In this document: one piece after another, positions 1 through 8,193 of the stretch
Position numbering within the stretch: position 1 is the stretch's first letter
Layout: every line of letters starts with the position of its first letter
Origin: Bacteroidota bacterium
GTDB lineage: Bacteria > Bacteroidota > Bacteroidia > Flavobacteriales_D > Crocinitomicaceae
Direction: 5' to 3'
Assembly: GCA_030148165.1 (NCBI GenBank)
Contig: JASBTZ010000006.1
Coordinates: 31,983-95,982, forward strand
Length of the DNA: 64,000 nucleotides
Made by a program: the position numbers and the translations under genes
The notes under the pieces: generated by a model
The model's input: only the letters and a program-made list of their open reading frames with translations
Database searches by the model: none
Told to the model about the DNA's origin: nothing

Positions 1-2670
1 TTATTGGTGCCGTCGGTAACGGGTTTACGGTCACAGTAGTCGGTGCAGAAGTTGCCGTACAACCATTTCCATCGGTATATGTTACGGAGTACGTCCCTGA
101 AGTAGTTACCGTTATACCCTGAGTCGTTGCAGAAGTCGACCAGACATTACCGGAGACATAGTTAGAAGTAAGGTCTACTGAACCACCACTACAGAAGGTT
201 GTCGGTCCACTGGCTGAGATTACCGGAGCAGCCGGTTGAGGGTTAACCGTAACCGTAACCGGAGCGGACGTTGCCGTACAACCATTTCCATCAGTATATG
301 TCACGGAGTAAGAACCTGAACTCGTTACATTAATCGTTTGCGTCGTTTCCGCCGTTGACCATACATTATTGGTTCCGTAACTCGAGGACAGATCAACAGA
401 TCCACCTGCACAGAAAGTCGTTGGTCCGCTCGGGGTAACTACTGGTGTACCCGGATTTAAGTTTACAGTAACGGATACTGGTGCAGATGTCGCCGAACAA
501 CCATTTCCATCGGTATAAGTCACCGTATAAGATCCGGAACTTGTTACGTTAATGGTTTGAGTAGTTTCTGTTGTTGACCATACATTTCCGCTTCCTTCCG
601 AAGAAATCAAGTCGACTGATCCACCATCACAGAAAGTTGTTGGTCCTGCCGGTGTTATTACCGGAGCAGGCGGAAGTGAATTAACGGTTACCGTTACAGG
701 AGCCGATGTAGAAGAACAGCCAAATCCATCAACATAGGTAACTGTGTACGTTCCGCTTGTATTAACCGTGATTGTTTGTGTGGTTTCCGTTGTTGACCAT
801 ACGTTACCTGTAGCATAGCTGGATGTAAGATCAACTGAACCTCCCGCACAGAAAGTTAACGGACCACCTGGCGTAATAGTAGGAGCGGCGGGAGCTGAAG
901 GATCTGTAAGTGATTGATTCACAACATTTGACGCACATCCAGTAGCACCGTCAACAAAAGATATGGAGTACGATCCTGAGAAAAGATTGGTAATCGTATA
1001 TGGTAATGTTACTACACCGGAGTTACCACTGACGGGTCCAGTCCATGATACAACACCTGTTCCTGACCCGGTAATTTCTATACTGCCTGTTGCTGTCGCA
1101 CACGCTGTTGGATCGGTTACCGTTCCAACCGCAATAACAGGAGCTGGATTAACAGTAACTACAACAGGTGCTGATGTAGCGGAACATCCGTTTCCATCTG
1201 TGTATGTAACAGTATAGGTTCCTGAAATTATTACGTTGATACTACTTGAAGTTGAACCGGTTGACCAGGTATTACCTATTGCCTGGGAAGAAGTTAATTG
1301 TACACTTCCGCCATCGCAGAACGTGGTAGGACCACTTGGTGTTATGGTCGGTGGAGCCGGGTTACTATTCACAGTCACCGTTAAAGGAGCTGATGTAGCC
1401 GAGCAACCATTACCATCCGTATATGTAACCGTATAAGTTCCTGAAGAATTAACTGTGATCGTTTGAGTAGTCTCCGTCGTTGACCAGACATTATTCGTTC
1501 CGTAGCTCGAAGTCAAGTCAACTGAACCTCCTGAACAAAATGTTGTTGGACCACTAGGTGTAACCGTCGGAGAGGTCGGTAACGCATTAACTGTTACGTT
1601 TACCGGAGCAGAAGTTGCTGAACAACCATTCCCGTCCGTGTATGTGACAGTATAAGATCCCGAACTAGTTGCGGTTATAGTCTGTGTCGTTTCTGTTGTT
1701 GACCAAACATTCCCAGATCCGTAATCAGAAGTCAGATCAACAGATCCACCATCACAGAAGGTAGTTGGACCACTAGGTGAAATAACCGGAGCAGCTGGTA
1801 ACGCGTTGACCGTAACGTTTACTGGTGTTGAAGTTGCTGAACAACCGTTCCCATCTGTGTATGTAACAGTATAAGACCCTGAACTATTTACGCTTATGGT
1901 CTGGGTAGTTTCTGTTGTTGACCAGACATTTCCAGATCCATAATCAGAAGTCAGGTCAACTGATCCACCCGAGCAGAATGTTGTTGGACCACTAGGAGTT
2001 ATAACCGGAGCCGCTGGATTTGGGTTTACTGTTACTGCAAGAGGTGTCGATGTTGCTGAACAGCCATTACCATCGGTATAAGTTACTGAATAAGACCCGG
2101 AGCTATTCACAGTAATCGTTTGAGTAGTCTCTGTTGTAGACCAGACATTATTTGTTCCGTAGTTCGAAGTCAAATCAACTGATCCACCAGAACAGAAAGT
2201 GGTGGGTCCACCAGGCGTTACCGTTGGCGGCGTAGGATTCGCATTCACCGTTACCGTGATTGGTGATGAAGTAGCCGAACATCCGTTGCCATCAGTATAA
2301 GTAACTGAATACGATCCTGAGCTAGTTACACTAATACTCTGGGTAGTTTCTGTTGTTGACCAAAGGTTTCCGGAAGCGTAACTTGAAGTCAGATCAACGG
2401 ATCCACCAGCACAAAAAGTGGTTGGTCCATTTGGTGTAACTGTTGGAGCGGAAGGATTTGGATTGACCGTTACTACAATATTCGCAGAGCTTGAAGAACA
2501 ACCGTTTCCATCGGTATAGGTTACTGAATAAGAACCTGAGCTCGTTACATTAATCGTCTGTGTAGTCTCGGTAGTTGACCAAACATTATTCGTAGCATAG
2601 CTGGAAGTCAGGTCTACTGATCCACCTGTACAGAATGTAGTTGGCCCACTTGGCGTTACTGCAGGAATTG
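1..2670 (-). repeat. In-frame tandem array of 219-bp (73-codon) units inside the M43 ORF. There are 11 canonical units plus one divergent 249-bp unit in the window, and the array continues past the left edge.
   Basis: The conserved Trp-codon landmark (plus-strand tgacca/tgaccag) recurs at 137, 356, 575, 794, 1262, 1481, 1700, 1919, 2138, 2357 and 2576. Every spacing is exactly 219 nt except 794 to 1262, which is 468 nt (219 + 249). The unit consensus is P.(I/V)TPSGPTTFC.GGSVDLTS.Y...NVWST.ETTQTI.V..SGSY.VTYTDGNGCSATS.P..VTVN. Confidence 0.9.
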
Positions 2671-5146
2671 CAGGCGATGCAAAAATATCTACTGTTACAT
2701 CAGAGGAATTCGGACAAGTACCATTTGTTGTATATGTCACCGTGTAAGAACCCGGAGTTGATGAAGCCGGATCGATTTCACCTGTAGATGTGTTTATAAA
2801 CAATCCTGCAGGTGAACTTGAGAAAGTACCTCCAGCCAAACCGGTAATTGTTGCCGGTTGCAATCCATCGTTTTCACAATAACTTGAGGCAGTATAATTG
2901 AACGATGCATCATCCAAAGGATTTACCGTAATACTCTGAACAGAAACATCTGCCCCTCCATTTATGGAAAGGGTCACTGAAGGAGTGCCTGCGCTACTAT
3001 AGGTAACAACGTGAGGCCCAACTCCAGTTGCCGTCGCTGGCGTTGCTCCAGCTCCGAAATTCCAATCCCATGACGTTGCACCAGTTGAGTTATCCGTGAA
3101 GGTTACGTTTTCTCCAACACAACTAGGGTCCGGGTTAACTGTGAAATCTGCAATTTCAGAAGGCAAAACACCTGTTAAATTGATATTATCAACATATAAA
3201 TACTGTCCCCATCCTGAAATATTTCTAAACAGGATTTCAACCTTGGAATTGTTTACAAATGGAGTCATATCAATTACTTCATTCCTCCATGTTGCCGGGT
3301 TAGTATATCCCGCCGTCTGATCCGGATCTGTAGCCAGAACAGTCCCTGCTTTAGAGTAAACCGTGTTCCATGTCTGGCCACAGTCAACAGAAACAAGAAC
3401 GTCTAATTGATCAAAATAAGTTCCGTTATAACGAGCGTATGCCACGTCGAATGACAATGTAGCAGAAGTATAACCAGTGAAGTCTTTCGGCTCAACCACT
3501 ATATCATCCAGATCACCTGTTGTGTTGATATTATAATTATCTATCACTGCTGAGTTACCTGCCGTAGGCGCAGTTCCTTGCGTTCCTGAACGAACCCACG
3601 TAAGAGCATTACCACCATTATTTAAAGACCAGTTAGTTGGTGGAAAAGTAACAGCAACAAATCCTTCAACTATAGGAGGTGCCGTTCCAGGGTTCAAATC
3701 GATTGTAAAATTCGATAAGTCATCGTCATTTGCCGTATTTGAATCCGGCACTCCATTGGGATTTTGAGTAGAAACATTAAATACATGTGGGCCTGTTGTA
3801 GGTGACATCGTCGGTAGTGTTACATTCGTATTTGTTCCGGGAGCCAGGTTACCTGTCCAATTAAATATTAAAGGTGCTCCTCCATCAATATCGTAAACAA
3901 TATCTACCGATGTCAGATTGTTATTCCCGTAGTTATTAAGGGTTACAATGGGATCAAACGATGCGGTACAAATAGTTCCTTGTGGTACGATGACTGCCAG
4001 GATTCCGGCATCATCAGCATTCGGCACGTTACATGCGGTTGAAGTTGTTAAGCTACCCCTTCGAGGAGAGTTAGCTAATACCGTCAACACCCTGGTCTTC
4101 TGATCATTAGTAAATGTATTCATGCAGGCATCATCCGAATAGTCCATATAGTTCTCAACCATATCATCCGGATCGGCTGTTGGCCACCATGGACTTGCAG
4201 GAGTATAAGAGTCTGTACAACTATTTGTTGTTGGGCATCCGAAGTTGGACCCGTCAGATATTGGCGTATCATCACAGAAGTCATCTACAGTACAGTTTCC
4301 GTCTCCCCAGATATGTCTCAGACCTAGCCAGTGACCTGCTTCATGCGTGAGTGTTCTTCCCTTATTAAATGGTGCTGCTGGAGAGCCTTGTGGGTTTGCA
4401 ACTGAGCCAAGAGATGAATAGAGAATTACACACCCATCAGTATTGGCTGCTCCACCCGAACCTGGCATTCCCGGTAATCCTGAACTACTTGGAAATTGAG
4501 CGTAACCTAGCAATCCACCAGAAAGATCGGCGACCCAGACATTGAAATAATCATCAGGATTCCACTGTGTAGCTGGTTTAAGTGTGTTTTGAAAATCAGC
4601 CTGAGTAAATGGTCCATCCCCGTAAGTTGTAATTCGATTGACACCGGGCTCCGCTAAGATACCACCGAGTGGATCCGTTATGGCCAAACAGAATTCGACT
4701 TCACAATCAGCTGCGACAGCAAATGGGCTCCCTGCCAAATCCCTAAAATCGAGATTTAGCTGATCAACCTGATCCTGACATACGGACTGTGGAATGTTCT
4801 CTGCACCCGTTCCGTCTGTGAAAATGTGAAAGATGATCGGAATGGTAACCACCACCTTCTTTGATGGATTCAATGCTTGCTGAGCCTTGTATTCAGCTAT
4901 TTTTTGTTGTAACCACTGTTCTTCTTCGGCCAGACTAGGCATGTTAGGATTGTTCGCTCTGAGGATTGAATCCGCTTCCATCGTGTAACAGCGAATTTGT
5001 CCATTTGGAGCTTTTTCGGCTTTATATCCGACCGACTGAAATTTTGAAGATTGTGATGGGAGAGGATTCGCTACTTGTCCGAAAGTTATTGAATAACTTA
5101 GCGATAACGCCACTAACAGCAGCGTTCTACTGGAGAAAAGTTTCAT
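1..5146 (-). CDS. Large secreted multidomain zinc metalloprotease. It has a peptidase M43 (pappalysin/cytophagalysin-type) catalytic domain, then beta-sandwich modules, a PKD-like domain and an array of 73-aa Ig-like repeats. The C-terminus lies beyond the left window edge (>1715 aa in window).
   Basis: Absent from the ORF track because its stop is left of position 1. Hand translation of the minus strand from the ATG at 5146-5144 gives MKLFSSRTLLLVALSLSYSITFGQ (signal peptide). Further on it gives THEAGHWLGLRHIWGDGNC, an HExxHxxGxxH zinc site with codons around 4291-4348. Next come NNYGNNNLTSVDIVYDIDGG (CARDB-like) and LSFDVAYARYNGTYFDQLDVLVSVDCGQTWNTV (MAM / choice-of-anchor-J-like beta-sandwich). 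FTDNSTGATSWDWNFGAGA (PKD-like) follows, then the repeats. I checked the frame codon by codon at 950-1219, 3061-3120, 3361-3540, 3841-4110 and 4291-4350 and found it open. No minus-strand ORF fragments are listed anywhere in 1-5146, which fits one uninterrupted frame. Confidence 0.8.
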   Translation of the reverse strand, partial: MKLFSSRTLLLVALSLSYSITFGQVANPLPSQSSKFQSVGYKAEKAPNGQIRCYTMEADSILRANNPNMPSLAEEEQWLQQKIAEYKAQQALNPSKKVVVTIPIIFHIFTDGTGAENIPQSVCQDQVDQLNLDFRDLAGSPFAVAADCEVEFCLAITDPLGGILAEPGVNRITTYGDGPFTQADFQNTLKPATQWNPDDYFNVWVADLSGGLLGYAQFPSSSGLPGMPGSGGAANTDGCVILYSSLGSVANPQGSPAAPFNKGRTLTHEAGHWLGLRHIWGDGNCTVDDFCDDTPISDGSNFGCPTTNSCTDSYTPASPWWPTADPDDMVENYMDYSDDACMNTFTNDQKTRVLTVLANSPRRGSLTTSTACNVPNADDAGILAVIVPQGTICTASFDPIVTLNNYGNNNLTSVDIVYDIDGGAPLIFNWTGNLAPGTNTNVTLPTMSPTTGPHVFNVSTQNPNGVPDSNTANDDDLSNFTIDLNPGTAPPIVEGFVAVTFPPTNWSLNNGGNALTWVRSGTQGTAPTAGNSAVIDNYNINTTGDLDDIVVEPKDFTGYTSATLSFDVAYARYNGTYFDQLDVLVSVDCGQTWNTVYSKAGTVLATDPDQTAGYTNPATWRNEVIDMTPFVNNSKVEILFRNISGWGQYLYVDNINLTGVLPSEIADFTVNPDPSCVGENVTFTDNSTGATSWDWNFGAGATPATATGVGPHVVTYSSAGTPSVTLSINGGADVSVQSITVNPLDDASFNYTASSYCENDGLQPATITGLAGGTFSSSPAGLFINTSTGEIDPASSTPGSYTVTYTTNGTCPNSSDVTVDIFASPAIPAVTPSGPTTFCTGGSVDLTSSYATNNVWSTTETTQTINVTSSGSYSVTYTDGNGCSSSSANIVVTVNPNPSAPTVTPNGPTTFCAGGSVDLTSSYASGNLWSTTETTQSISVTSSGSYSVTYTDGNGCSATSSPITVTVNANPTPPTVTPGGPTTFCSGGSVDLTSNYGTNNVWSTTETTQTITVNSSGSYSVTYTDGNGCSATSTPLAVTVNPNPAAPVITPSGPTTFCSGGSVDLTSDYGSGNVWSTTETTQTISVNSSGSYTVTYTDGNGCSATSTPVNVTVNALPAAPVISPSGPTTFCDGGSVDLTSDYGSGNVWSTTETTQTITATSSGSYTVTYTDGNGCSATSAPVNVTVNALPTSPTVTPSGPTTFCSGGSVDLTSSYGTNNVWSTTETTQTITVNSSGTYTVTYTDGNGCSATSAPLTVTVNSNPAPPTITPSGPTTFCDGGSVQLTSSQAIGNTWSTGSTSSSINVIISGTYTVTYTDGNGCSATSAPVVVTVNPAPVIAVGTVTDPTACATATGSIEITGSGTGVVSWTGPVSGNSGVVTLPYTITNLFSGSYSISFVDGATGCASNVVNQSLTDPSAPAAPTITPGGPLTFCAGGSVDLTSSYATGNVWSTTETTQTITVNTSGTYTVTYVDGFGCSSTSAPVTVTVNSLPPAPVITPAGPTTFCDGGSVDLISSEGSGNVWSTTETTQTINVTSSGSYTVTYTDGNGCSATSAPVSVTVNLNPGTPVVTPSGPTTFCAGGSVDLSSSYGTNNVWSTAETTQTINVTSSGSYSVTYTDGNGCTATSAPVTVTVNPQPAAPVISASGPTTFCSGGSVDLTSNYVSGNVWSTSATTQGITVTTSGTYSVTYTDGNGCTATSAPTTVTVNPLPTAPI

Positions 5147-5246
5147 AGTTTTTAGTTTAGCATCCCTAAACTAGAAGAAAATCGGTTTAGTTCAAAGGAT
5201 TCAAACCAAAAAGGTTTTCAACAGAATTGATAGTTTTCAACAAATT

Positions 5247-6215
5247 TTATTTGGAGAAAAGCGAGTCTACGAACTCAACGCGATCAAAAATCTGAAGATC
5301 TTCCATTTGTTCACCAACACCGATGTATTTAACAGGAATCTTCATTTGGTCAGAGATTCCTATCACAACACCACCTTTCGCTGTACCATCGAGTTTCGTA
5401 ATGGCAAGAGCTGTTATATCAGTAGCGGCAGCAAATTGCTTGGCTTGTTCAAATGCATTTTGCCCAGTTGATCCATCTAATACGAGCAGTACCTCATGCG
5501 GAGCTCCCGGAATTACTTTGTCCATTACTCTCTTGATCTTGCTAAGCTCATTCATCAGATTCACCTTATTGTGAAGTCTTCCGGCCGTATCAATGATCAC
5601 TACATCTGCATTTTGTGCTTTTGCTGACTCCAGGGTGTCAAAGGCGACCGAAGCCGGATCGGCTCCCATGCCTTGCTGAACGATGGGCACCCCTACTCTT
5701 TCCGACCAGATTATCAGTTGATCTACTGCTGCAGCACGAAAGGTATCAGATGCACCAAGAATTACTTTTTTACCGGCAGATTTAAACTGGTGAGCGAGCT
5801 TTCCAATCGTTGTTGTCTTACCAACTCCATTCACTCCTACAACCATAATCACGTGAGGTCCCGCTGAATTAGATGGAACTAACTCTTGTTGATCTACCGA
5901 GGCATTATTCTCTTCGAGTAGATTTGTAATTTCTTCTTTTAGAATCGTGTCTAATTCATCAACCCCGAGAACTTTATCACGCGCCACGCGCTCTTCGATA
6001 CGGTCAATGATCTTTAGTGTTGTTTCTACACCGACATCAGAGGTAATGAGCACTTCTTCCAACTCATCAAGCACTTCGGCGTCAACAGTAGATTTACCAA
6101 CCACTGATCGAGCGAGCTTATTAAAAAAGCTCTTCTTCGTCTTCTCGAGTCCTTTATCGAGTGATTCTTTTTTTTCTTTTGAGAAAAAGTTAAAAAGTGC
6201 CATAATGTTAAACAA
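5247..6215 (-). CDS. ftsY: Signal recognition particle receptor FtsY
   Basis: 322-aa ORF with SRP-GTPase motifs GVNGVGKTTTIGKLA, DTAGRLH and TKLDGTAKGG. Confidence 0.95.
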   Translation of the reverse strand: MFNIMALFNFFSKEKKESLDKGLEKTKKSFFNKLARSVVGKSTVDAEVLDELEEVLITSDVGVETTLKIIDRIEERVARDKVLGVDELDTILKEEITNLLEENNASVDQQELVPSNSAGPHVIMVVGVNGVGKTTTIGKLAHQFKSAGKKVILGASDTFRAAAVDQLIIWSERVGVPIVQQGMGADPASVAFDTLESAKAQNADVVIIDTAGRLHNKVNLMNELSKIKRVMDKVIPGAPHEVLLVLDGSTGQNAFEQAKQFAAATDITALAITKLDGTAKGGVVIGISDQMKIPVKYIGVGEQMEDLQIFDRVEFVDSLFSK

Positions 6216-6267
6216 AAAGAGCTTCCAATAATAAGGAAGCTCATTAGTATGATAATGCTAATAAGAA

Positions 6268-6423
6268 CTAGTTCTTATCGAACCATTCTTTAACCTGGTC
6301 ATTGTGTACGATCTCTTCCTTAAAGGTATATCCACCAGTCTTGTCCGACTTAGCCATTTTAATCACCTTTGTGTGCTCTTTTCCTCCACCTTTCTGTAGG
6401 GATGCTACTACTTTCTTTGCCAT
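6268..6423 (-). CDS. Small conserved protein, DUF4295-like (51 aa)
   Basis: Below the 60-aa cutoff of the ORF track. Hand translation gives MAKKVVASLQKGGGKEHTKVIKMAKSDKTGGYTFKEEIVHNDQVKEWFDKN. It sits between rpmG and ftsY, the usual position of DUF4295 in Bacteroidota. Confidence 0.6.
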   Translation of the reverse strand: MAKKVVASLQKGGGKEHTKVIKMAKSDKTGGYTFKEEIVHNDQVKEWFDKN

Positions 6424-6431
6424 GACTCAGC

Positions 6432-6614
6432 TTATTTAATTTCTTTATGAATTGTATAACGCTTAAGGATTGGATTGAATTTCTTAATCTCCAATCTATC
6501 CGGCGTATTCTTTCTGTTCTTAGTTGTGATGTAACGAGAAGTTCCCGGCATTCCAGAATCTTTATGCTCCGTACATTCCAGGATCACTTGAACTCTATTT
6601 CCTTTCTTAGCCAT
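6432..6614 (-). CDS. rpmG: 50S ribosomal protein L33
   Basis: 60-aa [21 protein letters not shown]...[21 protein letters not shown], a typical L33 sequence. Confidence 0.95.
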   Translation of the reverse strand: MAKKGNRVQVILECTEHKDSGMPGTSRYITTKNRKNTPDRLEIKKFNPILKRYTIHKEIK

Positions 6615-6631
6615 CTTAAATTTCTTTTATC

Positions 6632-6868
6632 TTATTTGATGTATCCTTTAGCTCTCGCCTCTTTTACACACGCGTAAATCCCTTTCTTGTTGATGGTCCT
6701 CAACGCAGAAGTAGAAATCTTCAACGTAAGAAACTTATCCTCCTCAGGAATGTAGAACTTCTTCGTTATTAGATTCGGATAGAATCTACGTTTCGTCTTA
6801 CGATTCGAGTGAGAAACGTTATTTCCTACCATTACTGATTTTCCTGTTATCTGACAAACTCTAGACAT
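6632..6868 (-). CDS. rpmB: 50S ribosomal protein L28
   Basis: 78-aa [36 protein letters not shown], the L28 signature. Confidence 0.95.
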   Translation of the reverse strand: MSRVCQITGKSVMVGNNVSHSNRKTKRRFYPNLITKKFYIPEEDKFLTLKISTSALRTINKKGIYACVKEARAKGYIK

Positions 6869-6942
6869 CTCAAATAATATTATTCTTTAGATAAAAAGCG
6901 GGTGCAAAGAAACCAATAAATTCGGAAACATACAAGCAATAA

Positions 6943-8193
6943 CTAACTTTTTTCAACTTTTATGTCCGATAATTCACATCTCAGTAAATTCAAGGCAGTT
7001 AACACTGTTCTTCGAATATTTCTTCCTCTATCATTTCCAAATTGAAATCGCTTGCTCCAAACGCCTTTTTCGCTTGCGATTCCTATCCAGACTGTGCCAA
7101 CAGGTTTTTCATCTGTTCCACCATCGGGACCCGCAATACCCGACGTAGCAATACAGTAATCCACGCTTAATTTTTGTCTGCCGGTGTTTGCCATTTGCTC
7201 AACTACTCTCTTGCTCACTGCTCCATCCTGTTCCAGGGCATCACGCTCCACACCGACCACAGATTCTTTAAGCTCATTTGCATAACTAACTATGCTTCCC
7301 ATGAAATAAACCGAAGAGCCCGATATGCTCGTAATTTCAGCTGCAATCGACCCGCCTGTACAACTTTCAACCGTACCAATCGTTTTATTTTGGTCCTTTA
7401 ATAATTTGCCAACAAGCTCACTCAATGACTTCTCCGTGTTAAAAGCATAGTGCGGTACTTCCTGCTCTATGCGATCCATAAATTGATCTATTCGCTTTTT
7501 TGTATCCGGTTGGTCATTACCGCTTAGCCTTAGACGTATAAGTCCCGGTTGTGGCAGGTAAGCCAAGCCAATTCCTGCGTCACGTATTTCATCTTCAATA
7601 TTGGCAATTCGTTCTGCTAAAAATGACTCTCCGATTCCCTGAACCTGCATCGTCTTGTAAAAAGCTTTCTTCGCTTTAAACTTTTGCTCAATCATTGAAA
7701 ACCCTTCATTTTCCATGATAAAGTGTAGCTCATACGGAACGCCCGGCAAACTGATCAATACTTTGCCATCCTGTTCAAACCACATGCCCGATGCTGTTCC
7801 CAAATCATTGCGCAGTATCGTTGCCGCTTCCGGTAGGATAGCCTGCTGTTCGTTTACCTGCAACATTTCTAATCCACGGTTTTCAAAATAGCCTCTTACA
7901 TGATTCAGCACATCCTCATTCATGACTAATTTCGTGTTGAAGTATTCAGCGAGAACTTCCTTTGTAATATCATCTTTAGTTGGACCAAGTCCACCAGTAA
8001 CTACAATCAGCTCGGCATCGTTAAATGCTGATTTAATCGTGTTCAGAATATCATCACGACCATCCCGAATAACCGTCGTACGAGTAATATCAAATCCGCG
8101 CATAGAAAGATTCTCCCCGATCCAGGCCGCGTTTGTATTGACGGTCTGACCGATTAGTAATTCATCACCTATCGATATTATTTCAACCTTCAT
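6943..8193 (-). CDS. cinA: CinA family protein (competence/damage-inducible; MoCF-binding plus nicotinamide-nucleotide amidase domains)
   Basis: 416 aa. N-terminus MKVEIISIGDELLIGQTVNTNAAWIG and C-terminal CinA domain ESCTGG...IATSGIAGPDGG. Confidence 0.9.
   Translation of the reverse strand: MKVEIISIGDELLIGQTVNTNAAWIGENLSMRGFDITRTTVIRDGRDDILNTIKSAFNDAELIVVTGGLGPTKDDITKEVLAEYFNTKLVMNEDVLNHVRGYFENRGLEMLQVNEQQAILPEAATILRNDLGTASGMWFEQDGKVLISLPGVPYELHFIMENEGFSMIEQKFKAKKAFYKTMQVQGIGESFLAERIANIEDEIRDAGIGLAYLPQPGLIRLRLSGNDQPDTKKRIDQFMDRIEQEVPHYAFNTEKSLSELVGKLLKDQNKTIGTVESCTGGSIAAEITSISGSSVYFMGSIVSYANELKESVVGVERDALEQDGAVSKRVVEQMANTGRQKLSVDYCIATSGIAGPDGGTDEKPVGTVWIGIASEKGVWSKRFQFGNDRGRNIRRTVLTALNLLRCELSDIKVEKS

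Noticed and set aside
963-1436. Plus-strand ORFs of 84 aa and 66 aa (and similar ones at 3096-3320, 4114-4350 and 4966-5148) offered by the ORF track
   Set aside because: They lie antisense to, or out of frame with, the continuous minus-strand M43 ORF. Their sequences are low-complexity mirror images of the repeat (VTV..TTG.). They have no motifs or start context, so they are shadow ORFs.
1-2670. The tandem repeat array as a CRISPR array or non-coding satellite
   Set aside because: The period is 219 bp, exactly 73 codons, with no repeat/spacer alternation. The whole array is one open reading frame with conserved Cys/Trp/Gly positions. It is a protein-domain array.
5947-6231. 94-aa Ser/Thr-rich plus-strand ORF (and 5323-5574 and 5673-5867)
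   Set aside because: It is antisense to the clearly real ftsY. Its compositional bias comes from reading Asp/Glu/Val-rich codons backwards.
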